From positions 11,726,339-11,789,831 of the forward strand of contig NC_068992.1 in the NCBI RefSeq assembly GCF_001194135.2: a DNA stretch of 63,493 nucleotides. Direction: 5' to 3'. Under the pieces are notes generated by a model. It ran no database searches. It was not told the DNA's origin and saw only the letters and a list, made by a program, of their open reading frames with translations. Both the position numbers and the translations under genes were made by a program. Shown piece by piece: positions 52,407 through 63,493 of the stretch. Positions within the stretch are counted from its first letter, which is position 1. The number at the start of each line of letters is the position of its first letter. Origin of the DNA: Octopus bimaculoides. Taxonomy: Eukaryota.

Positions 52407-52889
52407 GAATGTATGCACGTACGTATGTATGTACATGTGTGTGTAAGTATGTGTGTGTGGGAGTATGTCATGGCTGCTTTTGGTGCACGTGCACCGAGTC
52501 TGGGTGCAAGTATGTAGTGTTTGGTATTTTGGCATGAATATTTGTACAATTAGTGCGTGTGTGTTTTAGATCCAAGTTATGGGAAGTGTTTCTTTTTGTT
52601 TGAGCTATAATTGTTTTAGCTTGAAGAAATACGTACGTCAGCTTCACATAGATACGCCCACACGCGCATAACTACTTACAGTTATATCTGTTTTTGTATG
52701 TATGTTTATATGCATGAATAGCTAGCTAGAGGTGAAATGTAAATGTATATATATATGTATGTATGTATGTATATACATATAACGTATAAATATAGATATC
52801 TATATTAATGCATGCATATATATATATATATTGATACATTCAAACATACATTCATCATATATACATGTATATATATGCACACACACACA

Positions 52890-52920
<31 letters not shown>

Positions 52921-52993
52921 TTAACATAATAATGTATTAAGATTTCAAGATATATTAAATACATTATATTATAGGTGGTTATAGGAATTAAGA

Positions 52994-53080
<87 letters not shown>

Positions 53081-53898
53081 NNNNNNNNNNNNNNNNNNNN
53101 NNNNNNNNNNNNNNNNNNNNNNNNNNNNNNNNNNNNNNNNNNNNNNNNNNNNNNNNNNNNNNNNNNNNNNNNNNNNNNNNNNNNNNNNNNNNNNNNNNNN
53201 NNNNNNNNNNNNNNNNNNNNNNNNNNNNNNNNNNNNNNNNNNNNNNNNNNNNNNNNNNNNNNNNNNNNNNNNNNNNNNNNNNNNNNNNNNNNNNNNNNNN
53301 NNNNNNNNNNNNNNNNNNNNNNNNNNNNNNNNNNNNNNNNNNNNNNNNNNNNNNNNNNNNNNNNNNNNNNNNNNNNNNNNNNNNNNNNNNNNNNNNNNNN
53401 NNNNNNNNNNNNNNNNNNNNNNNNNNNNNNNNNNNNNNNNNNNNNNNNNNNNNNNNNNNNNNNNNNNNNNNNNNNNNNNNNNNNNNNNNNNNNNNNNNNN
53501 NNNNNNNNNNNNNNNNNNNNNNNNNNNNNNNNNNNNNNNNNNNNNNNNNNNNNNNNNNNNNNNNNNNNNNNNNNNNNNNNNNNNNNNNNNNNNNNNNNNN
53601 NNNNNNNNNNNNNNNNNNNNNNNNNNNNNNNNNNNNNNNNNNNNNNNNNNNNNNNNNNNNNNNNNNNNNNNNNNNNNNNNNNNNNNNNNNNNNNNNNNAT
53701 ATTATTTTATTTAAAAGAGTTCCAACTCTGTCTGTTTTTTATGTTTTATTTATATTCTTGTAAAATTAATGTGGGATATAGAATATGGCATATATAATAT
53801 ATAATATAAAAATGGATGGTTCAATGAAATGAAGTATTGAATGTCTTATTGAATATATGAAATATTGAGTATTCAATATAAAGGATTAAATATATAAA

Positions 53899-53942
53899 GG
53901 CGAATACGTATTTTCTATACCTTGTGGTATTTCATCATGGCC
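53899..53942 (-). ncRNA. Minimal type I hammerhead-ribozyme-like motif
   Basis: Minus strand GGC-CATGATGA-A-ATACC-ACAA-GGTAT-A-GAA-AATACGTATT-C-GCC gives stem I GGC/GCC, stem II ATACC/GGTAT, a palindromic stem III and a UUC cleavage triplet. The core has one extra A (CAUGAUGA). Confidence 0.6.
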
Positions 53943-54204
53943 GGTATCTGACAGACTGTAACAGACTGTAATAGACTGGCTGGTTTTCTGTCTTTTATAC
54001 CAATTCCTTTGGACAGCAGCAGTATGTGTTTGGCTATTTTTAGAATTGATGCCAAGTTTATTTTTAGAAGTGATGACATTTGAGAGATTTTTTGTGTTTT
54101 GGTTATAGGGATAAGATTTCTAAACCCCAGTAGGTGTTTGGCTACTTTGTCATCCGAAGGTGTTAGATAGCAGTAGCTTGAGACATAACAGGGAGAGAGA
54201 AAGC

Positions 54205-54270
<66 letters not shown>

Positions 54271-54560
54271 TTCGTTGCTAAGGCCTCTAAAGATGCGTTA
54301 TTTTCGAGGATACTAATTTAATTTTAGTCTCTTAAGTTTGGTTTTATTTGGGGATGTCGTGAGATCCCACTGACATTTCAGAAAGCATTATATAGAACTT
54401 AAGTCAGACGTAGGGGATTATTATGGAGGGAGATTGATTGACCGAAAGCACTGTTGCTGTCATGGATACTGGAGAACATTGTTGATGTGTATTTTTGTTA
54501 ACCTAGATGTAAACTTTCATTGTACGAGTCATCAAGCTGCTAGAAATAATAGCTGATTTT
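53899..54560 (-). mobile_element. Probable Penelope-like element relic (decayed ORF plus 3' hammerhead-like motif), interrupted by (GA)n
   Basis: Stop-riddled minus-strand fragments (QWDLTTSPNKTKLKRL..YPRK; KSYPYNQNTKNLSNVITSKNKLGINSKN) lie directly upstream of a hammerhead-like motif at 53899-53942. The protein similarity is weak and judged by eye only. Confidence 0.4.
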
Positions 54561-57500
54561 GCCTTCAATCATACACTACCACCTTTTAAAAAAATATAAA
54601 GGATACAGTTCGAGACACACTGAGTTTAGGAAAAGAAAAAGAATGATGGAATTCACAACTAGAGTGTCTTTCATCGCTATTCCGTTCAATCAAGGTTGGC
54701 TTGGAGCTAAACAACAACGATTACAATACACAAACAATGCCCCAACATGAAAGTTTTCTTTTCAATTATCCATGGAAGTCCTGTCTGTTGAACTGCTTTT
54801 CTTTGATATATTTTCTTCGGCTCTGATATTTGAGCCATCGAACTGGTTGTGCAAACAAACCTGTAGACACAATTATCAATAAATTCAATACTCGATGCCA
54901 CCAAAAGTAATGAATAAACGCCACTTCCCCCGCACCATTTATTTCACAGGCGCAGAGTCAACTACACAAGTCAAATGAACATCTATTATAAAGCAGATGA
55001 AAGAGTTTTAATGACAGAAGCGAAGCAAACATGTACACAATATTAACTATAATGTAAACGATAGAAACGGCCTGCAAGAAAGAGCAGCCAAATACCATTT
55101 AACTCATAACTTACATATCTTACATAAAGGAATCTATTTTGGAACACATCGGAGCTGGTATATAAAATAATGGAATGATCACGGCGAAGGCTTTAGTTGA
55201 GAGACTTACTTAATCAGGGATGACCTGGGATTAAGTAACCTTAACAACCATAGTATTAACGCCTCTATGCAGTCGCTGGACCTGCAAGAAATAGCAGCCA
55301 CACGGTGTCGTCTAGATAGCGGGGAAACTCACAAAGGATAACGAAGTCCTAAACACCTGCCTTTAACAAAAAATACACAGGGCGGTCTTAATGGGAAGAA
55401 CTTCGATCATAGGTGTACTCGATAAGCTTTTGACCTGCAGTTAAACAGCAGCAGTGGCAGCAGTAGCAGCAGCAGCAGAAATAACGTATCGAAGTATGTT
55501 ATATTCAATCATATAAAGCATATTCTTCGAAGTAAATACAAACATTAAAAGCAAACACAGCCATTATTAACACTCATAAAACATCTAATGCCAGAGTCAT
55601 TTTCTTCCAACCTCTCCCTCTATCTAGCAGTAGCAGTAGCCGTAATATGAGTTGCTTTTGAATGATGATAATGATGATGATGATACTGATGATGATGATG
55701 ATTTGCTATCTTCACTCGTTACCTGACTGACTTCATACTCCTAAATTTAATCATCATCATCATCATCCTCCGTCTTTATTATTGACAACAAATTTCATCG
55801 TCATTAATATGTTCATTCACTGCCGCTACTACTACTACTACTACTACTACTATTGATGATGATGATGATGATGATGATGATTTCAAATTTCTGGCAGAAG
55901 GCTAGCAATTTCGGCGGAGGAAGTAAGTCGATTACATCGGCCCCAGTGTATCACTGGTACATATTTTAAGGACCCTGAAAGGATGGTAGGAAAAAGTCGA
56001 CCCCGGCAGAATTTGAACACAGGGTCTTATGCCGGAGAGAGAAATAGTAGGTCTAACATAAGATTTGTTGGATTCCTCGACTGGGTTTATGTGGTTGCTC
56101 TTCCTATTTATTCTGTGTCAGTTCATTTCCTTTAGCGTCAGTATTGCTTTCCATGTCTATTTTGTGATATTGATTCTATATCAACCAACCGCCGCCACCA
56201 CCGCGGTCACCGCCACCACCACCACCACCACCGCCATCACCACCATTGGTTTTCTAACTTGTCTTTGTTATTGTCACCCCTGTGGCAAATAAAGTAATAA
56301 AAAATAATATTTGTACCAATATCAAGACCTATGTGTGTGTTGAGTCGAGAACAAAGCAGGCCAAATGAAAATTTTGTATAAACACTAAAAAACAAAATAA
56401 CTAGACAACTGATCTAAAACAACTGTCAGAAAAGGCCTCGTTTTATGAAGATGCAGCGTAGTCTCTTGTTGGTGTTTTCTAGTTGTTTTTCGGGTTTAAA
56501 TTTTTTTCCAACTACCAAGCTGTAACTAGATTTCTTTTCCGTGTAAATGAAAATAATTGCGATGTCAAAACCACAGAGATACCATATTTATTTTGAATGT
56601 ACTGAAAAAAAAAAAAAAAAAAAGACTTGTCTGCAAAGAAGCATTGTCCACGCAGATTATATTCATCGACAATGATCAGATGATTAACGCCTTCCTTTGA
56701 AAGATATCCTGCAAAGGGCAATTTCATTTCTAATTTTCGTAAATTGTACAGAGAGATTCCTTCATTGGATGCTCGTTTAGACCACACAGTTCCCACCAAT
56801 TNNNNNNNNNNNNNNNNNNNNNNNNNNNNNNNNNNNNNNNNNNNNNNNNNNNNNNNNNNNNNNNNNNNNNNNNNNNNNNNNNNNNNNNNNNNNNNNNNNN
56901 NNNNNNNNNNNNNNNNNNNNNNNNNNNNNNNNNNNNTATATATATATATATATATATCATTTTGGAGAATGGTGGATGATAAGGCTATAGATAATAACAT
57001 ATGAATACTGGTTTGAAAAATCCTTTTGGATAGAAAAAGTCGCTTTCGACTTTTTCTATACAAAAGGATTTTTTAAGTCAATATCTATACTATATTATTT
57101 ATCGCATTATCATCTGTTTCGAGATCCACTATTCCATAAATGAGTAAATAAATGAATAAATAAATAAACATATAAAAATCGATGAAAAAATATTTCACGT
57201 TTTCTCAAAAGTTATACTGTGAAGTGTTTTTCGTGTGAATTTATTTAACTTGATAAAAATGAGTTCATAGCAAGAGAAATGTTTACAAGTGGAAACATTG
57301 CTGTCTAATGTAAACGAAATAATCTCTCAGTTTAAATGAATATTATATCAATAATGCTTGGACTTCGTCATTAAAAAAAAACAAAAATTATTTTTAACGA
57401 GATACCATTAGATTTGAGCAGATCTTGTGAAGTCGAGTTTCCGTAATTGCCAGTAAAATATCAAGTGTCAATGATCTATGAATATTTCACAACGCTTAAT

Positions 57501-58170
57501 GATTCTAACAATCCAACCAATCAAAGATTGTTTTAGAAAATAGATTTAATCAGCCAATCGGTAACTACATTTTTTTTTCCATATATTTTCATTTTCTCAA
57601 ATTTTTTGTCTGTTTTATATTGCTTTTTTTTCTGTTATTGATTTTGTTTGTTAATGCTGATGCAAGACAAAGAATGGATAGGTGGGGACAATAGGCTTCT
57701 TGCTAATTATAATGCTTTCTAAGTTTGGCACAGGGCCACGCATTTTGTCAGAAGGCACAGGAGATTAAATCGACCGTATACTTGATCAGCTCTTAATTTT
57801 ATTGGCCCTTAAATGACGGAAAGTAAAGTCTACTGCAGAAGCATTTACAATCAGAAACTGAAGGATTCTAACTGAATATAAGACTGTATTTTTTTTTCTG
57901 GTACTATTAAGTCAATCCCTATCTTTTGTTCACCTTATAATGTATCATAACATTCTTATAAAGCAGCGTATTTAGAGAGATGCTGAGACAGTAAAGTATC
58001 TCACTAAATACGCTGCAGTACTTTGCTTCGTCTGAACAAGCTCTGAGTTCAAATTCCATTCGGATCGACATTTATATCTTCAAGATTTCTAAAATAACAT
58101 ACCACAATCGCAATGGTTAAATTTCTTCAATTGCTTTTCTTTACAGATTTCTTCAGAACACGCAATATCA

Positions 58171-58225
58171 TAGAAGAAGAAGAAGAAGAAGAAGAAGAAG
58201 AAGAAGAAGAAGAAGAAGAAGAAGA
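58171..58225. repeat. Pure (GAA)n microsatellite
   Basis: Uninterrupted GAA run of about 18 units. Confidence 0.95.
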
Positions 58226-58281
58226 ACCATTTGATTGCACAAAAATTAAGTTTTTGGAATTATTAAATCCAATTATGATAC

Positions 58282-58393
58282 CTGAGAGTCTTTGAGTGTT
58301 TCTGGTTCCTTTATATGGAATGACCGCGTCAGTAGGGTATTGGAGAGCCAACAGAGAGCTGGAACGTTGGTATTTATTAACCAACGGTTCCAT
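58282..58393 (-). CDS. Candidate minus-strand first coding exon, unknown protein
   Basis: AAATATATGG start; reads MEPLVNKYQRSSSLLALQYPTDAVIPYKGTRNTQRLS, then donor CAG|GTATCA (phase 1). Unique sequence with no recognised homology. Confidence 0.25.
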
Positions 58394-58733
58394 ATATTTA
58401 AGGATAAGACAGTTCGGTTTCTACTGTGTGCTTCTGTCCGTTGACATCTCAATGATGACATACTGCACCGTTAGAAGCAGCGACAACCTTCTAGTTATTT
58501 ACGTTTGGCTTCACGGTACGCAGCGTTGAATTTGATAACATTTCTCGAGAAAGAATATTAAAAGGGATACGCAGGGATGTATCCTAGGGTGAGATATGTG
58601 CTTTTCCCGGGTCATTCCACAGAAATTCGAGTTATAGTGCAGGTAATGAATCAGGTGGTTTTGAAAAGAATTCATAGCGATTACTTCAAGTGTTGGTGTA
58701 AGGTAACAATTTTGATTCTGTTGTTGCGGAAAG

Positions 58734-58946
58734 TACCCTTGATTAAATCTTTAGTGTGGGTACTTTCGATTAAATCTTTCAAGTATATTCGTCACTAAAA
58801 CATTACGGGTGGGTACTCTTAATTAAATCGATAGAATGGGTACTTTTGACTAAAACTTTAGAGTAGCTACTCTTAATTAAAGCGCTCGGGTAGGTACCCT
58901 TAGTTAGATATCCAGAAGTGTACTCTTAACTAAAAAAAGTGGTGGG
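58734..58946. repeat. Highly diverged ~27-bp tandem repeat, about 8 units
   Basis: Recurring GTAC(T/C)CTT(A/G)ATTAAA core with variable 3' halves. Confidence 0.7.
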
Positions 58947-60279
58947 CATATTTGGATTTAATTTAACGAGCATGGACAGATGAATCAAATGGGAACAGAG
59001 TATAATCAAAAATTGATTTCTAACATATACACAAGACCTCAGATCCAGGGGAAAAGGGTATAATCGAATATATTGACCTTAGTATGAAACTAGTACCTAT
59101 AGCACTATACCATTTCAACCAGTTCTATCATCACACTCGCACTTCGCCAAAAGTCTGCTGCGCTATTGATTTTATCGATTTTGGAGAGATGAAAAGTCAA
59201 GTGGACTTAGCAGGATACAAAGTCAGAACATAAAAGGACAAATTGTATCCAGCAAGGGATTTAGTCCACTACTTTACCGTTTTTGCCACCTACTGTCTTA
59301 CTTTGGTACAATATAATTGATAATACTATTGTTTTCATTGTTAGAGTTACTAAATAATTTCCTTTGAGAGAACACACATACTAACCACGTGATGTCCGTC
59401 TGTACAACACAAACAAACTGACCAGAAAGGCACTTACTATTACGCGTGAAGAATCGTTTTAAGATTTGACCATAGTAATTTGCAAATAGTATAGGGTAAC
59501 TTCTGCATGAAAAACATATAGTTAAGTGCAGGTTAATATACTCAATCTAGGGAACCCAAAAGATTATTGAATCAAATGATAATTCTTGCGAAGGAAAGAA
59601 AGAGAGAGAAATCTGAAATTTGTATGGATTAAAGATTAAATGTAGAAACGTAATGGGGAATGAGTCAGACCTTTTGTATATAAAGGGGAAATGCAGATAT
59701 ATTCGGGTCGCTTTAGATCTCCTTAGCGAAATATTGTTAAACACGTACTTGCTAGACCTTGTAATGGCCCTGAGAGGATAAAGTTTTCATATGGGAATTA
59801 TTCATTCACACTAGTTTACCGATTAAAAAAAATTTTTTTTTTTACTGAATTGATATCATAACCGTTAGAAAAAAAATCATTAGCATGAATGGTAATTATT
59901 TCCAAGTAACGCAATTTGAACCAGAATCAGAATACATTTTTTGCTTCTGCAGGCCGAGTTACGTATTAAGGAGTGGATGTCGAGACAGATTGATGCCACC
60001 TAAATTTGAAATACGCAAATTAACCATTTTGATTATGCCTAGTTAGTTTCCACCAAATCAATATACGTCACATATTTAGAAATAATTTTTGCTCAGAGAA
60101 GAATGCCAATTAGTAATGAAAGAATTCGATTTACTTGGAATTTAATTTGATTCAGATTCACTTTCCAATATATTGAAAATATAATGAATCATTAAATTAT
60201 ATATAAAAATAAAAGTAACTTATGAACGTGATGTATTTGATAGTAGAATTATTTAATCTTTACGGATACGGTCGATGCA

Positions 60280-60740
60280 TCAGGGAGGAACTTAATGTAA
60301 TTTGTTGCTTGAAAGCACTTCAATAATAAATGTTAGGCTTGATAATGCCAACAGCAAGACATTATCCAGGTGGGCATCAGTTAATTTTGTTCTCAAATGG
60401 TTCTTGGTGAGTTTCAGTTTTGAAAATAATTGCTCAAACCGTTAAGTGCTGCCAAACAATGAAGCCAAAGTTGCATGGCTAACTTAAGTTTGGATATTTC
60501 TCATTTTGACGAATATTATTCGCGATAGAAGTGAGATACTGACACAGCTTCAGAATGGAATTTCGACCTCAATATGTCAGCAGACTGCATCTCAATCAAT
60601 TCCGTTTGATAATTTTCTGATTCAATGTCCACTTCCACATCAAATGGAGTAGCCAGTAGCTTGACCTTATATACATGCAAGCGAAAATCAGCAAAATGAG
60701 ATGAAGACTTCTTTCTTGCTGCTTGGATCATATTCACAGA
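60280..60740 (-). pseudogene. hAT (Charlie/SPIN/GTF2IRD2-like) transposase C-terminal remnant
   Basis: FADFRLHVYKVKLLATPFDVEVDIESENYQTELIEMQSADILRSKFHSEAVSVSHFYRE*, then after frameshifts YPNL..ATLASLFGST*RFEQLFSKLKLTKNHLRTKLTDAHLDNVLLLA. This matches the hAT dimerisation-domain motif FGSTYxCEQxFSxMK..K...RxxLTD. Confidence 0.85.
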
Positions 60741-61473
60741 AATGTGTGTACAGTAATTTTATATCTTTTAAATTAACATTTTTTAAAGTCAGAAAAGGTG
60801 GGAAACTTCCTTTTAATAGCTGTCATTTTCACGTTTGATCGCAAATCTCTTTCAAATTACTAAATATTGGTTTCATATTTTGGTACAACGCCAGCAATTT
60901 CAGAGGAAAATGTGAGTCAAAAACATCGGCCCAAGTGCTCACCTGGTTCTTATTCTATTGAGCCAGAAAGGATACAAGGCAAAGACAACCCTGGCTTCAT
61001 TTCAACTCAGAACGTAAAGACGGACGAAATGCCGCTAAGCATTTTGTCCGGCATGGTAACGATTCTTCCAGCTTTACATCAAATTTCATGTCACACAGAA
61101 AAACTAACCTGACAGAGAAAAGTGAGTAAGTGGTCTTGAATCGGTTATTACCAGTCTTGAGATATGAATTTATTTGTTTATTTAGTTATTTATGTATTCG
61201 TTCTCTTTCTGGGTTATCTTAAAAACAAAATCTCACTTCAAGTAATATTGATACGCCGGTGATCGTGATCGTTAAATATTAGATACCTCACGTGAGCAGC
61301 AATTTTAAAACGTATTTAATTTATTCGACGACTGGTATAAAAATCAGATATTACCAAGAAAACTGAAGTGCATAACTGCTCTCACATATAAACACCCCTT
61401 CACACACACAGATATATATAAAACTTTGTATGCACGGAAGATATTAAAGGGATGTAATAGATGTATACATACA

Positions 61474-61517
<44 letters not shown>

Positions 61518-62452
61518 NNNNNNNNNNNNNNNNNNNNNNNNNNNNNNNNNNNNNNNNNNNNNNNNNNNNNNNNNNNNNNNNNNNNNNNNNNNNNNNNNNN
61601 NNNNNNNNNNNNNNNNNNNNNNNNNNNNNNNNNNNNNNNNNNNNNNNNNNNNNNNNNNNNNNNNNNNNNNNNNNNNNNNNNNNNNNNNNNNNNNNNNNNN
61701 NNNNNNNNNNNNNNNNNNNNNNNNNNNNNNNNNNNNNNNNNNNNNNNNNNNNNNNNNNNNNNNNNNNNNNNNNNNNNNNNNNNNNNNNNNNNNNNNNNNN
61801 NNNNNNNNNNNNNNNNNNNNNNNNNNNNNNNNNNNNNNNNNNNNNNNNNNNNNNNNNNNNNNNNNNNNNNNNNNNNNNNNNNNNNNNNNNNNNNNNNNNN
61901 NNNNNNNNNNNNNNNNNNNNNNNNNNNNNNNNNNNNNNNNNNNNNNNNNNNNNNNNNNNNNNNNNNNNNNNNNNNNNNNNNNNNNNNNNNNNNNNNNNNN
62001 NNNNNNNNNNNNNNNNNNNNNNNNNNNNNNNNNNNNNNNNNNNNNNNNNNNNNNNNNNNNNNNNNNNNNNNNNNNNNNNNNNNNNNNNNNNNNNNNNNNN
62101 NNNNNNNNNNNNNNNNNNNNNNNNNNNNNNNNNNNNNNNNNNNNNNNNNNNNNNNNNNNNNNNNNNNNNNNNNNNNNNNNNNNNNNNNNNNNNNNNNNNN
62201 NNNNNNNNNNNNNNNNNNNNNNNNNNNNNNNNNNNNNNNNNNNNNNNNNNNNNNNNNNNNNNNNNNNNNNNNNNNNNNNNNNNNNNNNNNNNNNNNNNNN
62301 NNNNNNNNNNNNNNNNNNNNNNNNNNNNNNNNNNNNNNNNNNNNNNNNNNNNNNNNNNNNNNNNNNNNNNNNNNNNNNNNNNNNNNNNNNNNNNNNNNNN
62401 NNNNNNNNNNNNNNNNNNNNNNNNNNNNNNNNNNNNNNNNNNNNNNNNNNNN

Positions 62453-62545
<93 letters not shown>

Positions 62546-63198
62546 TAAGTGTTTGTGGGTGTAGCATTTACGTTTATCTACATAAGCATTATACAGAAAT
62601 ATTTAGTACATACAAAATTATCCTGTATATGTTATTATAGAGGTTTTTCTTGCAACAGATGTCAGTGATTATGAATTCAGATTTCACTAAAGCCGTCCAA
62701 GAGTGTGGTGATCTGAATATAAAACTGCATGAAGGACTAACTTATTCATTAAGAGTGCACGCACACAAAAACACATACACTCACTATGTGGGAAAGACAC
62801 GAATATAAACATTGATTTACAGTCAAAATACTGTTTGAAATCTTTACTTGTATATATGTGCTATACACACACACACAAACACACAAACACATGATTATAT
62901 ACATGTGAATATGTGTGTGTGTGTGTATAAGTGTGCGTGTATGTCATATTTATGCATTAACCCTACTCACTTATAATACATACCCGTGTTTCATTTTCGT
63001 TTCTTCATATAAATACATACACGAACACGTACATATATGTATCAGTATATATATGTGTATATATATATACACACACACATATATATATACATAAATATAC
63101 ACATACATACATATCTATAAATACACATATATGCATACATACATATATATATATATACATGTACATATGTGTGTATGTATATTTATATATACATATAT

Positions 63199-63229
<31 letters not shown>

Positions 63230-63436
63230 TACGTATATGTATTTCTATATTCATTAATCTATCTGTCTGTCTGTTTATCTATCTATTTATCTACACGAAC
63301 ACGTGCGCGCACAGACACACACACACACATATATATACACAACTTCTACCTTTCTCTCTCTTTCTCTAAAAATCTGTCTCTCCTAAAATCTGTAACGACA
63401 ACACACACTCACCATTCGTCAGTACAATATATACAC

Positions 63437-63493
<57 letters not shown>

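Noticed and set aside
61344-62567. Longest ORFs in the track (also 42879-44392, 30772-31700, 52975-53763, 13045-13789, 4467-5422)
   Set aside because: They consist of X from N gaps plus YI/HT/VC dipeptides from microsatellites and carry no coding information.
1-63493. Prokaryotic-style defence or operon system, or bacterial contamination
   Set aside because: No dense ORFs, ribosome-binding sites or operon structure; the whole window has metazoan repeat architecture.

Overview
Eukaryotic, AT-rich and extremely microsatellite-rich window with many N gaps, most flanked by (AT)n, (CA)n or (GA)n runs. The repeat content matches what I recognise from octopus-type (coleoid cephalopod) genomes; the taxon is an inference. 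I cannot confirm any intact or nameable host protein-coding gene. Nearly all long ORFs in the supplied track are artefacts of microsatellites or N runs. Well supported: (i) dozens of copies of at least four tRNA-derived SINE families, given working labels A, B, C and E, several with exact TSDs, plus a LINE-tail-like repeat (label D); (ii) decayed non-LTR retrotransposon fragments, namely an RTE-like 3' end with three C2H2 fingers (2.7-3.1 kb) and two different restriction-like-endonuclease (R4/Dong-type) 3' ends embedded in microsatellites (17.4-17.9 kb, 37.0-37.3 kb); (iii) a hAT transposase C-terminal remnant (60.3-60.7 kb), a hAT end (36.8 kb) and four foldback/MITE elements, one with a 9-bp TSD and a (CCCTAA)3 core; (iv) Penelope-type relics with hammerhead-ribozyme-like motifs, best preserved at 53899-53942; (v) minisatellites. 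Tentative: a plus-strand terminal exon (9846-9975), a promoter with 5' exons at 25.0-28.5 kb, and a few isolated exon or smORF candidates. I found no convincing novel multi-gene system; the most interesting leads are RNA-level and mobile-element features.
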